Of a DNA stretch of 64,000 bases, positions 24,380-38,192 are shown piece after piece. The number at the start of each line of letters is the position of its first letter. Position 1 is the first letter of the stretch. Position numbers and translations under genes: made by a program. The DNA is from Vicugna vicugna (lineage: Eukaryota). A model generated the notes under the pieces. That model did no database searches and was not told the DNA's origin. It worked only from the letters and a program-made list of their open reading frames with translations. The stretch is from the NCBI GenBank assembly GCA_013265495.1, contig MU058198.1, positions 4,851,779-4,915,778 on the forward strand. The letters are read 5' to 3'.

Positions 24380-26430
24380 CATATATATTACGTACATGTG
24401 TCACATCTTCTTTATCCAGTCATCTGTTGGACACTTAAGTTGTTTCCAAATCTTGGATATCTTGTAAATAATGCTGCTATGAACATTGGAGTGTATGTAT
24501 CTTTTCAAATTAGTGTTTTCTTTTTGTTCAGATAAATACCTAGGAGTGGAATTTCTGGATCATATAGTAGTTCTATTTTTAGTTATTTGGGGAACCACCA
24601 TACTCTTTTCATAGAGGCTGTACCAATTTGCATTTCCACCAACAGTGTACATGGGTTCCCTTTTCTTCACATCCTTGCTAGCATTTGTTATTTGTAGAAT
24701 TTTTGCTGATAGCCATTCTGACAGGTGTGAGGTGCTATCTCATTGTGGCTTTGCTTTGTGTTTCTTTGATGATTAGTGATGTTGAGCATCTTTTTCATGT
24801 GCCTGTTGCCTGTCTATATATATTCTTTGGAAAAATGTCTATTCTGATCTTCTGCTCATTTTTAACCATTTTTTTTTGTTTGTTTGATGTTGAGTTGTAT
24901 GACCTGTTTATATATTTTGGATATTAACCTTTATTGGTCATATCATTTGCAAATATTTTCTCCCATTCAGTAAGTTTTCTTTTTGTTTTGTTGATGTGTT
25001 CCTTTTTTGTACAAAAAGCTTTTAAGTTTAATTAGATCCCATTTGTTTATTTTTGCTTTTGTTTCTTTTGCCTTAGGAGACAGATCCAAAAAATACTATG
25101 ATTTATGTCAAAGAGTGTTTTGTCTATGTTCTCTTCTAGGAGTTTTATGGTTGTCAGTCTTACATTTAAATCTTTAATCTGTTTTGAATATATTTTTGTA
25201 TATGGTGTAAGAAAATGTTCTAACTTCATTCTTTTACATGTAACTATCCAGTTTTCCCAGCACCACTTATGGAAGAGAATGTCTTTTCCCCATTGTATAT
25301 TCTTGCCTCCTTTCTCATAGATTAATTGATCATAATTGAATGTGTTTATTTTGGTCTCTCTGTTCTGTTCCATTATCTATGTGTCTGTTTTTGTGCCAGA
25401 ACCATAGTGTTTTGGTTACTGTAGCTTTGCAGTACACCCTGAAGTCAAAGAGTGTGATAACACCAGCTTTGTTCTTTCTCAAGATTGTTTTGGCTCTTCA
25501 GAGTCTTTTCTGTTTCCTTACAAATTTGAGGATAATTTGTTCTAGTTCTGTGGAAAATGCCATTGGTATTTTTATAGGGATTGCACTGAATCTCTTAGAT
25601 TGTCTTGAGTAGTACGGTCACTTTAACAATCTTAATTCTCCTAATCCATGAGCACAGTTTATCTGTCTGTTTGTGTTGTCTTCAATTTCTTTCATCAGGG
25701 TTTCCCCATTACAGATCTTTTACCTCCTTAGTTAGATTTATTCTTAGGTATATTATTCTTTTTGATTTGATGGTACATGGGATTGTTTTCTTAGCTTCTC
25801 TTTTTGATAGTTCATTGTTAGTGTATAGAAATGAAACAGATTTCTGTATCTTAATTTTGTACTCCGCAGCTTTACTGAATTTGTTGATGAGCTCTAGTAG
25901 TTTTTTTGCTGATATCTTTAGGATTGTCTATGTATAATATCATGTCATCTGTATACAGTGACAGTTTTACTTCTTCCTTTCCAATTTGGATTCCTTTTAT
26001 TTCTTTTTCTTGTCTGATTTCTGTGGCTAGGATTCTCAATATTATGTTGAATAAAAGTGGTGAGAGTAGCCATCCTTTTTCGTTTCTGATCTTAGAGGAA
26101 ATGCTTTCAGTTTTCATCATTTAGTATGATGTTAGCTGTGGGCTTCTCATAGGTGGCCTTTATTGTCTTGAGGTATATTCCCTATATACCCCCTTTCTGG
26201 AGAGTTTTTTTTGCCATGAATAGATGTTAAAGTTTGCCAAAAGCTTTTTCTGCATCTATGGAGATAATCATAGGATTTTTATTTTTCAAGTTGTTAATGT
26301 GGTATATCACATTGATTGATTTGCAGATATTGAACCATCCTTGAATACCTGAGATAAATCCCACTTGATCATGTTGTATGATCCTTTAAATGTATTGTTG
26401 AGTTCATTTTGCTAATATTTTGTTGAGGAC
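24380..26430 (-). mobile_element. Younger L1 ORF2 segment (RT to C-terminal domain), dead
   Basis: ORF 25872..26120 [10 protein letters not shown]...[23 protein letters not shown] is the RT core (FADD read as YTDD); ORF 25047..25373 [20 protein letters not shown]...LTPYTKI is ORF2. Confidence 0.95.
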
Positions 26431-29400
26431 TGATGCGCCATTCACTCTTGATACTGTAATTTTATGCTGTTTCTCTTTTCTTGACCATCTGCTAGGTGTT
26501 TATGAATTTGTATATTTTTTAAAAAGAACCACCTTCTTCTTTGATTTTATTTTCATATTAAATTTTCCCTTACATTTATTATTTCTTTCCTTCTCTTGTT
26601 TTAGTTTACTTAGCCCTTTTCTTAATTTTTTGAGCTAGATTAATAGATAATTGTTTTCAGTTTTTCTTTTCTAATAGATGCATTTAAGGTTATAAATTTC
26701 CCTCCAATTACAACTTTAGCTACATTCTACCAATTTTATTTTTATTAATATTCAGAGGAAACTGTTTTCTAATTTCCATGTTAATAAGTTCTTTCACCCA
26801 TTGTTATTTACAGTTATTGCTTAATCTCCAAACATTTTTGATTTCCCAGTTTTTATTTTATTATTGATTTGTTGATGAATTCTAATATAGTCAAACAGTA
26901 TATTCTGAATTATATTTGCTTGGACTAACTCTATGATCCAGACTATGATAAATTCTAATAAATGTTCAAAAACACTTGGAAATTTTGTGTATTTTTATGC
27001 CATTGTTAATTAATTGTAGCATTCTATATGTTTCATTTAGGTAACATCATGTTAAGATTTAAAAAAAATTCTTTCTAGTATTTTTGCTTTGCTTGTTCTA
27101 GTAGTTACTATGAGTTACTGGAAGAGTTTGTTGAAGTCTTTTATTATATTTATGTGTTTATTTATTTCTTCCTTTAGTTATAGCCTTTTTTTGCTTTATA
27201 TATTTGATGTTATGCTATTTGTTGCAGAGAAATTTAGAATGTTTATATCTTCCAGGAGGAGTGACCGTTTTATTTGCATGAGATGTTCTTCTTTATCTTT
27301 AGTTATGTGTCTAGCTTTAAAGTTTACCTTGCCTTATATAACTCTAGCTACATCAATTTCCTCAATTTAGTGTTTGCAAGCTTCCCTTTTTCCAGCTCCT
27401 ACTGTCAGCCTTTGTTCTTGTATTAAAGGTATATCTTTTATAAATAAAGGTTTTAATTTTAATTCATTGTGATACTTTAAGTTGGTGCATTTAAGCTATT
27501 TAATTTAATTACTAATATGTGGCTACTTGTACATAACCATTTATATTTTTTATTTTCCAGTGTTCTCTCTCCCCCTGTTTCCCTATTTGCTTACTTTTGG
27601 GTTAGTTCAACATTTTTTTATTATTCCATTTTCCCCCTCTATTAGTTTGCAGATATTCTTCTAGGGGTTCCCTAGGGATGAAAACATGAATCTTTGAATT
27701 GTTACAGCCTAATATTAATGAATTCACAAATAATGCTTAGATTATGGAGCACTTTAACTTCTTCTACCCCTTTCAAGCCCTTCATGTTCTTGTTGTCATG
27801 TATTTTAATTCTACATATGTTTTATATACTTCAAAACTTTATACATTTCTGGGCAATGTCTCATTAAGTTAATCCTTATATTTAAACTTAAAAAATTTCT
27901 TTCTGCACTTCTTGTTTCTTTATGGGATTATTTTCCTCCTTCCTGAATAATTCCTTGTAGTATTTACCTGGCACAGATCTGCTGGCAGTGAATTCTCAGA
28001 AGTTTTGAATGTTTGGACATGTTTTTGTTTCACCTTTATTTACTGAATTCACTTATATTTCACTTTATTCTTTAGTGAAGAATGTTTTCTCTGAATATGG
28101 AATTTTAGGTTGATGGTTGTTTCCTTCTCCACTTTAAAGGTGCTGTTCCATTGTGTCTGGCTTCCACTGTTTTATTGAAAAGTCAGCTGTTAGTTTAATT
28201 TTTGCCCCTTTGAGGGTATCAAATGCTTTGAAATTTTCTGTTTTTCTTTCATTTTGGTAGTCTATATATGAGGCACTTAGGTATCATTTTCTTTGTAGGT
28301 GTCCGTCTTGGGAGTCATAACACTTCTGTAATCCACAGCTTGATTTTATTCACCAGTGTTAGAAAATTCCGAGCTATTATCTATTCAAATATTGATCTGG
28401 TCCTATGCTCCCTATATTTTCTTTCTTGTAGGACTCAAATTCCACATATGATAAACTTTTTTTCCAGGATTATGCATATGTCTTTCATGTTCTTTTCTGT
28501 ATCTTTTTTTTGACCTTCTGTGCTTCACTCTGGGTATTTCTACCCATGCATCTTCCGTCTCTCTTCACCTGAGTCCCATCTGCTCTTTTACCTGCCTATT
28601 GAGTTCTTAACCTCAGTTATTGCAGCTTTCAGTGTGAGAATTCCATTTTGTTCTTTTTAAAATGTATTTCATTTATTCGGTCAAATATTTTGTTGACCAT
28701 TATAATCAAAGTTGAAAGTCTTGAGTCTTGTAAATGCCAATAACTGAGTCACTTGGGGGTTTCTTTTGATTATTTATTTCCCATGGATACTATTTTTGAT
28801 CTCTCTGGTAATATCAGTATGGATGTCAAATTTTAGAAGCTCTGGATGGTGTTTTTGCTCTTCAGAGAAGAGTCACCTTTTTCTGTGGCGAGCATCAGGG
28901 AACAGATCATCTCATACCATCAAGGACAGAGCTGACTTGAGGTTGGATTATATTTCTTTATAAACCCTAATCTCCTTTTGTTCAGCCACAATCCTAGGGT
29001 CTCACCCTCTAGGTGCCCCAACTTAGAGCTTATCACATTTCCTAGAACTGTTCCCTCTGGCAGGTCTCAACTCTAATTTTTGTCTTTCTAGCACTGTGAG
29101 ACTGTCAAAACTCTGTTTTCTTTTTATCCCTTTTAGTTTGGCTTCTTAACCTTCTGTTCTGTGACACTTTATAGATAAATGCCTCAAGAGATAAATGCCT
29201 CAAATCTCTGTTCTTTCCTTCTGTCTCTGATCTTTGCTCCTCAAGTTCTGGCTAACTTGGCAGCCCTGAACCCCAATTTATTTTAACCGTAGTCCTATGC
29301 AATCATTTATATCTCTGCTGGTTTCTCTCCTTTGTAACAATCACCCCTGCCTATCCTTTCAGCTTCTTAACCTGTGCCAGGAATTGACAAATTGTCCTGT

Positions 29401-30039
29401 GGAAAATATCAACATTCTGAAATAAGGCTCACCTCAGTGAGCTTTCCTTCTCTCTGGGGTCTGAATTTGAAATTCTGGCTGCCCCAGAAACTCTCTGATG
29501 CTTTCAGACAAATGACTTTTGATATGTTATTGGTTTTCATCATTGCTGTTGGTGGGAGTGTTGTTCTGTTACAAGCTACTCCAGTTTAGAAGACACTGGA
29601 TGCTCAGAATTTGCTATTATATTCGGATTTCTGGCCTTTGGTCTAATAGTACTGGTCAGTATCAGTTCTTTGTTGCCACTGGACAACCAATTATGGCATT
29701 GCAAAAATGAATGATGTGTTATAAATGACACGTGTTTAGTATCTTGGAGTTTATAGTTGTTGTTCCTGTCTATTACCACTTCCTGTTTTCATTGCAACCT
29801 GATAAAATGAGAATCGTTTCCCTCATTCTATAAATGGGGTAGCATCTTTTAGGAGTGATAAAGTGGCTTATTCAAGGTCATACAGTGAAAACATGGCATT
29901 ATTTGGACTCAAACAAAAGCTAGATATCTACACAGTAAGTTTTTCTCCTTCATCTGTATTACTTTTCTTGAAAGAAGATTCTAGATATGGAAGAATCCCC
30001 ACATATTTTTTTGTATCCTTAATCTCAGGCAATATATAA

Positions 30040-30300
30040 TGAATAGGTTCTTGGACTCTGGTGTTAAGACACCTGCATTCAAATTCAAAATCTTCCATTG
30101 AATTATGAGGTGATCCTTTGCAAGTTACTTTTTTAATCTTCTATTTTGTCTTCGTTAAAGTATGGATAATAAATTGTACCTTAGTGTCAGATAAGAGGAA
30201 TGGCAAAAGAATTCATGCATATGGAGACCTTAGAACACTGTGTGTTCCAGCAAGAGCTCTTGTTAGCTATCATATTTAATAATAATAATATTATTGTTGC
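30040..30300 (+). mobile_element. MIR SINE (diverged)
   Basis: GGACTCTGGTGTTAAGACACCTGCATTCAAATTC...TGCAAGTTACTT. Confidence 0.65.
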
Positions 30301-31012
30301 TATTTTTGCTGTTGTTACTGATGCCTCTTAACCATTTCCAAAGCTTCCTGTATTTTAATTTCCTTCCAAGCCTTCCCTTGTAATAGCCAAGTGGTAGGTT
30401 TGCAGAGGTCCAAAGGTACCACTCATAAACCATTCAGAAAGCACATGTTTGCATTTTATTGCCAGTGACAATGATGCTTTGTTGTTAATGGGTAGAAGTA
30501 GGAGTAACAGCCGGAATCCTGGATTCTTGGAAAACAGTGATACTCAAACTCTAAATTTCTTTATGCAAGGCTGGAGAAACCAAGAGCCTTTGAGGATATT
30601 GGCTGAAGCAAGGAATGTCCTATTTTCTCATCTTTTGGTGCTATCTGAGTCCTGCTTCATTCTTTGCTGGTTAAGCGATCCATTGCTGCTTATATCCTGT
30701 CATCAGAAGAGTGGCAGAGGGTCTGTGACTTGCTGGAAGAAAGCAGAGGTTTTTGATATAATTACATAGTGAATTTTGGGTAGAAGGAAGGGGCAAGGAG
30801 ATGAGCCTGCCACTCTACTCCAGAGAGGGACCAGTGGTTCAAATCATCAAATCCAAAGGAGAGGTGAAAACTTCCTTCAGTTCCAAGAAGGAAGATACAC
30901 ACAGGCCAGCTTTTCTATCTCTGACAATGCAGAGAGTTGTTACAGAGCTTCCAAGAGGAAGTGAGTCTTGATGCTGAGTGGATCTCCAAGTATGAAAGTG
31001 GGCATATGGTAG

Positions 31013-31380
31013 TGTATCAGTCAGTTTATACCGAGATATGCTGCAGTAACAAATGGCCCCAAAGTCTCTGGCTTAAAACCACAAACCAGCTATAATTATG
31101 CTACACAACTTATTTTCTCTGGGATCCGAGCTAATAGAGCTGCACCTATCTGACATATCAGTGGTTTTAAAAATGGTGGAGAGAAAAGAGAACATAATAG
31201 ATGAATATCATAAATTTACAAGGACTCCTAAAGCTTCCAATTAGAAGTGTTTATGTGAAACTTTCATTTTTCTTTCATTGGTCAAAGAAAGTCACATGGA
31301 TAATGTTGATGTCAGTGGGGCAGAGAAAAACAAGCCTTCCACAGGGTGAAGCAGTGAACATCTTGAGGAATCATATCATC
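31013..31380 (-). mobile_element. Old MLT1-family LTR
   Basis: TGTATCAGTCAG...ATGCTGCAGTAACAAATGGCCCCAAAGTCTCTGGCTTAAAAC...CATTGGTCAAAGAAAGTCACATGG. Confidence 0.65.
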
Positions 31381-33161
31381 TGTCACAAGGACAAGTTCAC
31401 CCACAAAGAAAAGGATTGGGTGCCCTAGGAAGGCTTGATTGGAGAAACCTGAATATAAACTGCTGGCAGTTGGGAAGGGCTGAGCCATATAAGGCCCTGA
31501 AGCATTCTTATTGATGATGTTTATCTCCAGTCTTCTGTTGAAGCCCACGATCTCATTATGATGTATCCAGGGATCTGTACGCATCAGGGATGCCCGCCTG
31601 CCTCCTCTCACAGTATATTTGTAGACATTCAGTTAAGATTGCTGATAGCATAGCACAGATAATAACATATGTGACCTCTCTAATGAGCAAATAAAGGCTT
31701 TCTTGAAGAACTCAAGTATAATCTTGTTGGTGTTGTATATGAAGCAGGAGGGTCCTGTACAATTTCAATATCCCAATTTGTCAGGGTCTCTTCAATAAGG
31801 AAGAACCACATTTTCATTTCCATGGAGCAGCCTGGTAGCTGCAGTCTCAAAGTGGGATGAGGCTGTTATAAGTGGTTTCCATGCCACCCACATTCAGATT
31901 CTCCTTGTTACTTTGAAGTATCATTTCTTTTCAAAACTCCATGCTTTCCAAAGGGTCTTTCTCTGCTGGTTGGATTTCGTAGGGTTTGCCCTCCTAGTGA
32001 GCTCTTACTTATTCTCTTTTGCTAATATACCAAAAAAAAAAATGCCCCCAATTAAATATTGATCACTTAGGACTTAGCACAAGTCTTACATAATCTTTAG
32101 AGACAAAAGAGAAACCAATAGAAAGCAAGATTTACATTACCTTGAATTCCGTGACCCAGAGATAACCATTATTCATGTTTTTAGTGTCTGATCTTTCAGA
32201 CTGTTCTCTGTGAACCATCACCAACAATGTCAATGATATACGCGTGGTGATTACCAATGTGGATGCCTTGGCGGTCCCAGGCAAATTATTCAGATGCTCC
32301 AAGTGTGTTTCTTCATCTGTAAAATCGTAATTTTACTTTCTCATATCATTGTTAAGATTGACAGAATTACTGTTTATAATGTTCTTAGACTACAGCCTAA
32401 CACATATTAAGTGCTTAATATTGACAGGTATATTTTTCCTTGATAATCCATGTAATTAGTATATTTCTGTATCAATATATCTATAGTCATGCCATCCTTT
32501 TTAATAAGATAATTACATTACAATAGCAATGTATAACATAATTCTTTTAATCAATTTTATATTGTAGAATATTTCAGATGCTTTTATTATTATTATTATT
32601 GGAAAAAAAACCATGCCCTGAAGTATTTATCTAAGAGAAATCCTTAGGATTTTGGATTACTGGGTCAAATATATGCACGGCTTTGCACTTTTTTGTGTTT
32701 AATTTCCAGTGCTCTTTCTATAACACTTGCCAGAAGTTTCTGGGAATCCTCTGTACCTGTGACTCCATTTAGTTTAGTATTTTTCTTAATGCTGCTTATC
32801 TAGTAAGTGGGAAAAATTGTCAAATTTTAATACACATTTCTTTTAAGTCTAGTCAAGTTGAATGTTTAAAATATACCGTTATTAGAAGATGTTTGGCTCT
32901 TTTGGTGGGCCTGTCATCACCCACTTAAATCTCTTGTCCATTTTTCATTGCTCGTATTTTCATTTTGTCTCTTTCTTCCTACCTGTCTCTCCCTCTCTCC
33001 CCCTCTTTCTCTCTCTGATGGGAATAACTTTCCTAAGTTCAGGTGCAATATGTATCAGCTGGAAAATGGAAATCTATAAAGGAGAAAATGAAATTTCCTA
33101 TGAAACTGTACCCTGAAACAGCTTCTATGTGCAGTTTGGTGTCTTAAGTTTCAAGATGTAC

Positions 33162-33350
33162 CGGTGCTTCTCCCACTTTATTGTGGATTAGGGAGTCTTG
33201 GTGGGCTTGTTAAAACACAGATTTCCGAGTCCTGTCCCCAAAATTTATGATTCAGTAGGTTTGGGGCGAGGCCTGAGAATGTGCATTTTGGACAAGTTCT
33301 CAGGTAATGCTGATTCTGCTCGTTTGGGGAGCACAGTTTGAGAACCACTG
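33162..33350. mobile_element. MER5A-like hAT-Charlie MITE
   Basis: GGGCTTGTTAAAACACAGATT...TGATTCAGTAGGTTTGGGGCGAGGCCTGAGAAT...TTTGAGAACCACTG. Confidence 0.85.
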
Positions 33351-33449
33351 CTGTTATACACAGACCAGGCACCCACAGTGCTCAGTAACTTCCTGTCTTT
33401 TGCTCAGTTTATCCCAGACAGTATTCATGTAGTTCATGTCGTTCTCAGT

Positions 33450-35330
33450 TTATCACACATAGTATTCATACCACTTTGCTATGCACCAGTGTGCCTATGA
33501 TTCCATTCATTGGGTTGAGGTACCCTGATTTTATTTGATATCAGAGGCATTTAAGTTGTTGCGATTTTACTATTATGGTAGCAGTGCATCAAAAATCCTG
33601 GTGCCTGTTTGTCTGAATACTGCATTTGTGCAGACCTTTCTGTAGGACAGTTTCCTCAAAGCAGAATTGCTGGTAAACAGGCAAGCTCATATAAAATTTG
33701 ACACATGTCACTGCTTTCCAGAAACATCGTACTCAAATTTACTTCTGCTTACTGGTGGTCCTCACACGCTGGTTGAAGACAAAGAGCAATCACATAGTAC
33801 CAGTCAGAGGAAAGACGAATTGTATTTCATTTTTATTTTAATATAATTTCTTTTGTTTGCAATGTTACACATTTTAAATGTGTTATTGCCATTAACATTT
33901 TTTCTCTTGGACATAACATCTTTGCCCATTTTTTCATTCTTACTGTTTTCTAAAAGCTAATCACTTAATCATGGATAGCCTTTAAAGTTGCAAATATCTC
34001 CTCATCTATCATATAATTTTATTTGCCTTTTTTGATGTAGAGAAAATTTTAATTTGCCTTATAGTTTCTGTATACTTCTTTTCCTTCATGTTACTTTCCT
34101 CTTGGATTTTGTCCTTAGATTAAACTTTTCATAACCTGATATTAGTAGTTTATTCATTTATTTAACACATATTTTTTACACAGAAGCTTTCCAAGGCACT
34201 GGGGATAACAGTTAAGAATCCTGCCCTCTTGGGCTTGTACACTAGACAGCAAACAAAGTCATGAAGAACTGATACAGTATTTCTGAAACTGATGACTGCC
34301 GTGGAGAAAAACAAATCAGGGAAGGATGACACGAATGTTTACTTAGATTTTCTTCAGTGTATTTTTATAATTTCGTTGTTCAACTTTTCATTCATTTACA
34401 AGTCATCCTAGCATGAAGATCTGACATGTGGTTTAAGCCTTTCTTTTATCTAAATTTATTTACCGATTATATTGTTCTTTTCCTACATATTTTGAAATAT
34501 CTTCAGGGTGCACTAACATATATATTTGGTCGTTTTCTTTTCTGTATTCTGTTCCCTTGATCTACCTCTGTTACGGTCTCAGGAACAATTTTTTTTATCG
34601 TTACCTTGTATTTTATTCTCCAAGACTGCAACTTTCCCCCCTTTTCATTCTTCTGCAGTGTTTTTTAGACTATTCTGATCTTCTTATGCTTGCTGGTAAA
34701 TTTTAGAATCATGTTTTCAAGTTCCAAATAAAACCACTTTGGGATTTTATTCAATGATGTTAAATGTGCAGATTAATGTTAAGAACTTAAAGTCAATTGA
34801 TACAGTATTGAGTTGTCCCATCTAAGAACCTGGTTTATATGAACAGTATATTCTATTAACTTTATGTTTTCTATCAAAGGGCAGATATTTCTCATTGTGG
34901 TTGTTTGCATTTTTCTGTATTATTTCAAGGCATTGGACATTTTTGATTGCTGTTGTGAATGTGGTAATTGGGTATTAAATTTTCTAACTGGATATTATTG
35001 CCACGGGGGAAGCTAGTGGATTTTAAATTATATACATAATTTAATACATAAAATACATAACAATTTAATGATATATATCGTGTACCTCCTACTGAACAAT
35101 TATAGTTAAGTTCAGTGAGATCTGGATTTCTAAGTTGTATGGTATGGTCCACAAGTAATAATATAGTTGCCTCTTCCTTTCCGATATCTACCCAATATTG
35201 CTTCATCTTCTATTTCCACATTGCCAACGATTTCCAGAATGACGTTAAAAACTGAGACAATTTCCTTTTCCTGTTCTCAACTTGAATGAGACTTCCTCCC
35301 TCGTATCATCATTAAATATGATGGAGCAGA
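33450..35330 (-). mobile_element. Very old L1ME-like fragments with an L2 piece at ~34150-34340
   Basis: Degenerate antisense L1 motifs such as AAATTTTAGAATCATGTTTTCAAGTTCC and GATTTCCAGAATGACGTTAAA; ORF 34925..35206 has a decayed RT-like IGKEEATILLLVDHTI. Confidence 0.55.
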
Positions 35331-35526
35331 CATCCCTCAAGCGCTTAATATTTTGCAGGTGATACATTGTGCTGGGTGCTGGAGGGAGGTCAGGGAAGTT
35401 TTATGTGCAGATGTTTTCAGCACTCAGTTCATGCTCTTTGGTTCTTTTATGACATGTCTTCCCCACAAGTGAGGTTTTTATTTTAATTTTTAATTCATTC
35501 CTTATTTTACTGAGTTTTCTTATCGA

Positions 35527-35528
<2 letters not shown>

Positions 35529-35616
<88 letters not shown>
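35529..35616. repeat. Poly(T) tract T50-C-T37
   Basis: Directly visible 88-nt run with a single C at 35579. Confidence 0.95.
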
Positions 35617-35618
<2 letters not shown>

Positions 35619-37573
35619 CTTCTTTCATGAAAGGTAAACGAGGACTTCATTTCCTTGGTCAGTTTCTGTCAAGAGAACTTCTTTTTCGTTGCTTCCACAA
35701 CTTGCCTGCATATATAGTTGCCGGGTTACAGCTGCTTCACATCGGAACTGCATACAGTTGGCTCTCCCTGCCTGTGGCTTCTGCATCCTCAGTTGGGGAA
35801 AGACTGGGGTGTGTGGAGGGAAGGATCCAGAAAATTCCGAAAGGCAAAATTTGTATGTGCTGCACTGAGTATCGGTGAGGGTTCAGGAACCAATCCCCAG
35901 GGTATTAAGGCGTGTGCAGATACGGCTCTATTTTTGCTTTTTCCCTTTGGTACAAAAGGAGCCCTTCCATTTTGTGGTGTTTAGGTTCCTTCTGTTTGTG
36001 TTCTCCCTTTTTCTTCTCTCTCTTCCCCCTTTTCCCCTAGAAGGGTGTGAATTCCAGCTTTGTTCACAGGCTGCGGAACCCTGAGTAAGTACCTGACTTA
36101 GGTAGGTCTCAGTTTCCTGGACTGTAGAATGCAGCGCGGAAGAGGTCCACCTCATGTGTATGAAGCGAGGACCTGATCTGTGGTCATCGAGTTTCTGTTC
36201 CCACTGGTCCTCTGTGCTTCCTCAGGGTTTTGAGTTTCTATTTCGCATCACCGTCATCAACTTGTCTATAGAAACCACCATAAAAGTAATTTCTAATTAG
36301 CTTTATCTCCCTTCCTCTTTGTTATGCATTCAGAACGAACTTCAGTTTGTTTTGCTCAACCAGGTGCTGAAATTTCCTGTGTTGTCAGTTCAGCTTTTTA
36401 CCCCCTTTAATGTTTTAATTCAGCAAGTCATTACTTCTTTTCTTGAATTAATTCCCTAGTCCTGTCGGCGTTCTCTTTTATTTTTCCCCTCCGTAAATTG
36501 CCGTATTATTTTCTCTTGTTTTACAGGGTCTGTGTTTTCTGTGATTTCCTTGAGAGTGAAAAGCAGATGGTATCAAAAATTTCCCGAGCAATTTTCCTTG
36601 AAAATAGGACCCTCCTCTGTGTGTTGTGTGTTATGTTTAAATCCTCCTTCAGAGTTACACGTTCTTTTCACAAGCCTCTTGTGGTGGTGGAGGTGGTGTT
36701 TGTTCTCTTTTGAATTTATCCTTGACCGTGGACAGTCATGCTCCAGCTTGTCATTTGCCCCAAAATTGCGCAGCATTTTCCCAGGGCTTTGTTCTCTTCG
36801 CCTTTATGCCCTCCGGGATCCTTAGCTTCGATCACATACCATGAATGATGACATGAAATAACGTGTTTAACGAGCATCACTCATTGGCTAACGCTTGCCA
36901 TTGGCATTTAGTACTTGTTAGTTACCATTCTTGGTATCACAGTATTTTCTCAGGCTGTCCTAGGTTGGCACCAGGAGGTCAAGGTGAGATGCCCAGGGGG
37001 CTTTGGGGACCAAGACAGTTCAGTCAGCAATTTCTGTGTTTGTTAAAACTTTGGTGCCTGTGTCTGTTCGATTGTTTGATGGCAAAGCAGTGTGACCCAA
37101 CCAGACCCCTGTTTTGATGCTACTTACTGGTCACTGAATCGGGGCTTTCTATTCTAAGACGGCCCTTATAGGATGCTGTTCAGCTTCCCTGAAATTGCAC
37201 CTGGCTACTTTCCAGAGAGGAAGTTGTCTGTGGTCTTTTATTTCAGTGTCCCTACATTTGCCATGTACGTCGCTTGTGTTTCCCTAAGTGCTGACAAGTC
37301 AAGGGTAACCTTTCTTTAGATTCAGCACTGAGACGAAGTTCCCCGTTTTTGTTGGGTCTCCAGTGAGTTCTTCTGTGTGCATGAGTGAGTGTGTATATGT
37401 GTGTGTCCACAACGGAGACAGGACATTAGTCTAATCCTTATGCCTCCCTTTTCCCCACAAGTCCTCCACTCATCCACTGTCAGCTCCCCTGTCAGGGTCA
37501 CATCCACTGCATCCCCGTGTTAACTGCACACACTTATACATGAGTTATCACACTCGATTTTTTTCATTCTGTA

Positions 37574-37930
37574 TTTTTTAAAATTGAAATACAGTCAGTT
37601 ACAATGTGTCAGTTTCTGGTGTACAACACACTGTCCCAGTCATGCATGTACATCCATATATTCATTTTCATATTTTTTTCATTAAAGGTTATTACAAGAT
37701 ATTGAACATAGTTCCCTGTGCGCTACAGAAGAAACTTTTTAAAATCTATTTTTATCTATGGTGGCTAACATTTGTAAATCTCAAACTCCCACATTTATCC
37801 CTTCCCACCCCGTGTCCCCAGTAACCATAAGATTGTTTACTATGTCTGTGAGTCTGTTTCTGTTTTGTGGATGAGGTCATAGTATCCTTTTTTTTTTTTT
37901 AGATTCCACATATGAGTGATATCATATGGT
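37574..37930 (-). mobile_element. L1 3' UTR fragment (camelid-type)
   Basis: TTGAAATACAGTCAGTTACAATGTGTCAGTTTCTGGTGTAC...ATTTATCCCTTCCCACCCC is the reverse complement of the family at 55398. Confidence 0.9.
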
Positions 37931-38074
37931 CTAACTAGTCCTTTAAATGTTTGTACTCTCCAGCAGTCCATTGAGCTTCTATAGAGTGGAGACTGCTTAC
38001 TCTTTTTTTTTTAACTGAACTTTTTATTCTGAGACTGTAAATTTCAGTTACTAGACAGTAGTGAGAAACAATAG

Positions 38075-38192
38075 GGAGGGGTAATAGCTCAGTGGTAGAG
38101 CACGTGCTTAGCATACACGAGGTCTGGGTTCAATCCCCAGGACCTCCATTCAAAAAATAAATAAATAAACCCATTTCTCATATGTTAAAAAA
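38075..38192 (+). mobile_element. tRNA-Ala-derived SINE (Vic-1-like, camelid)
   Basis: A box TAGCTCAGTGG 38085-38095, B box GGTTCAATCC 38127-38136, AT-rich tail, TSD GAGAAACAATAG (38063-38074) / GAGAAATAATAG (38193-38204). Confidence 0.9.

Larger units (their letters stand above)
21380..29600 (-). mobile_element. Long ancient L1M element (3' UTR at left, ORF2 then 5' region to the right), interrupted at ~24013-26430
   Basis: Continuous T-rich antisense L1 sequence; ORF 23882..24094 contains YKSPGPDGFTSEVFQTFK (L1 ORF2 SPGPDGF motif); many stops and frameshifts. Confidence 0.85.

Noticed and set aside
25872..26120. Novel or active reverse transcriptase with a YTDD motif
   Set aside because: Ordinary L1 ORF2 RT with a mutated FADD motif, in a fragment broken by stops and frameshifts
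29173..29203. Direct repeat AGATAAATGCCTCAA twice
   Set aside because: Small slippage duplication inside a dead L1
35401..35628. Poly-lysine protein ORF
   Set aside because: Just the translation of the poly(T) tract on the - strand
38075..38148. tRNA-Ala gene
   Set aside because: Acceptor stem is disrupted, and the A-rich tail and TSD show a SINE
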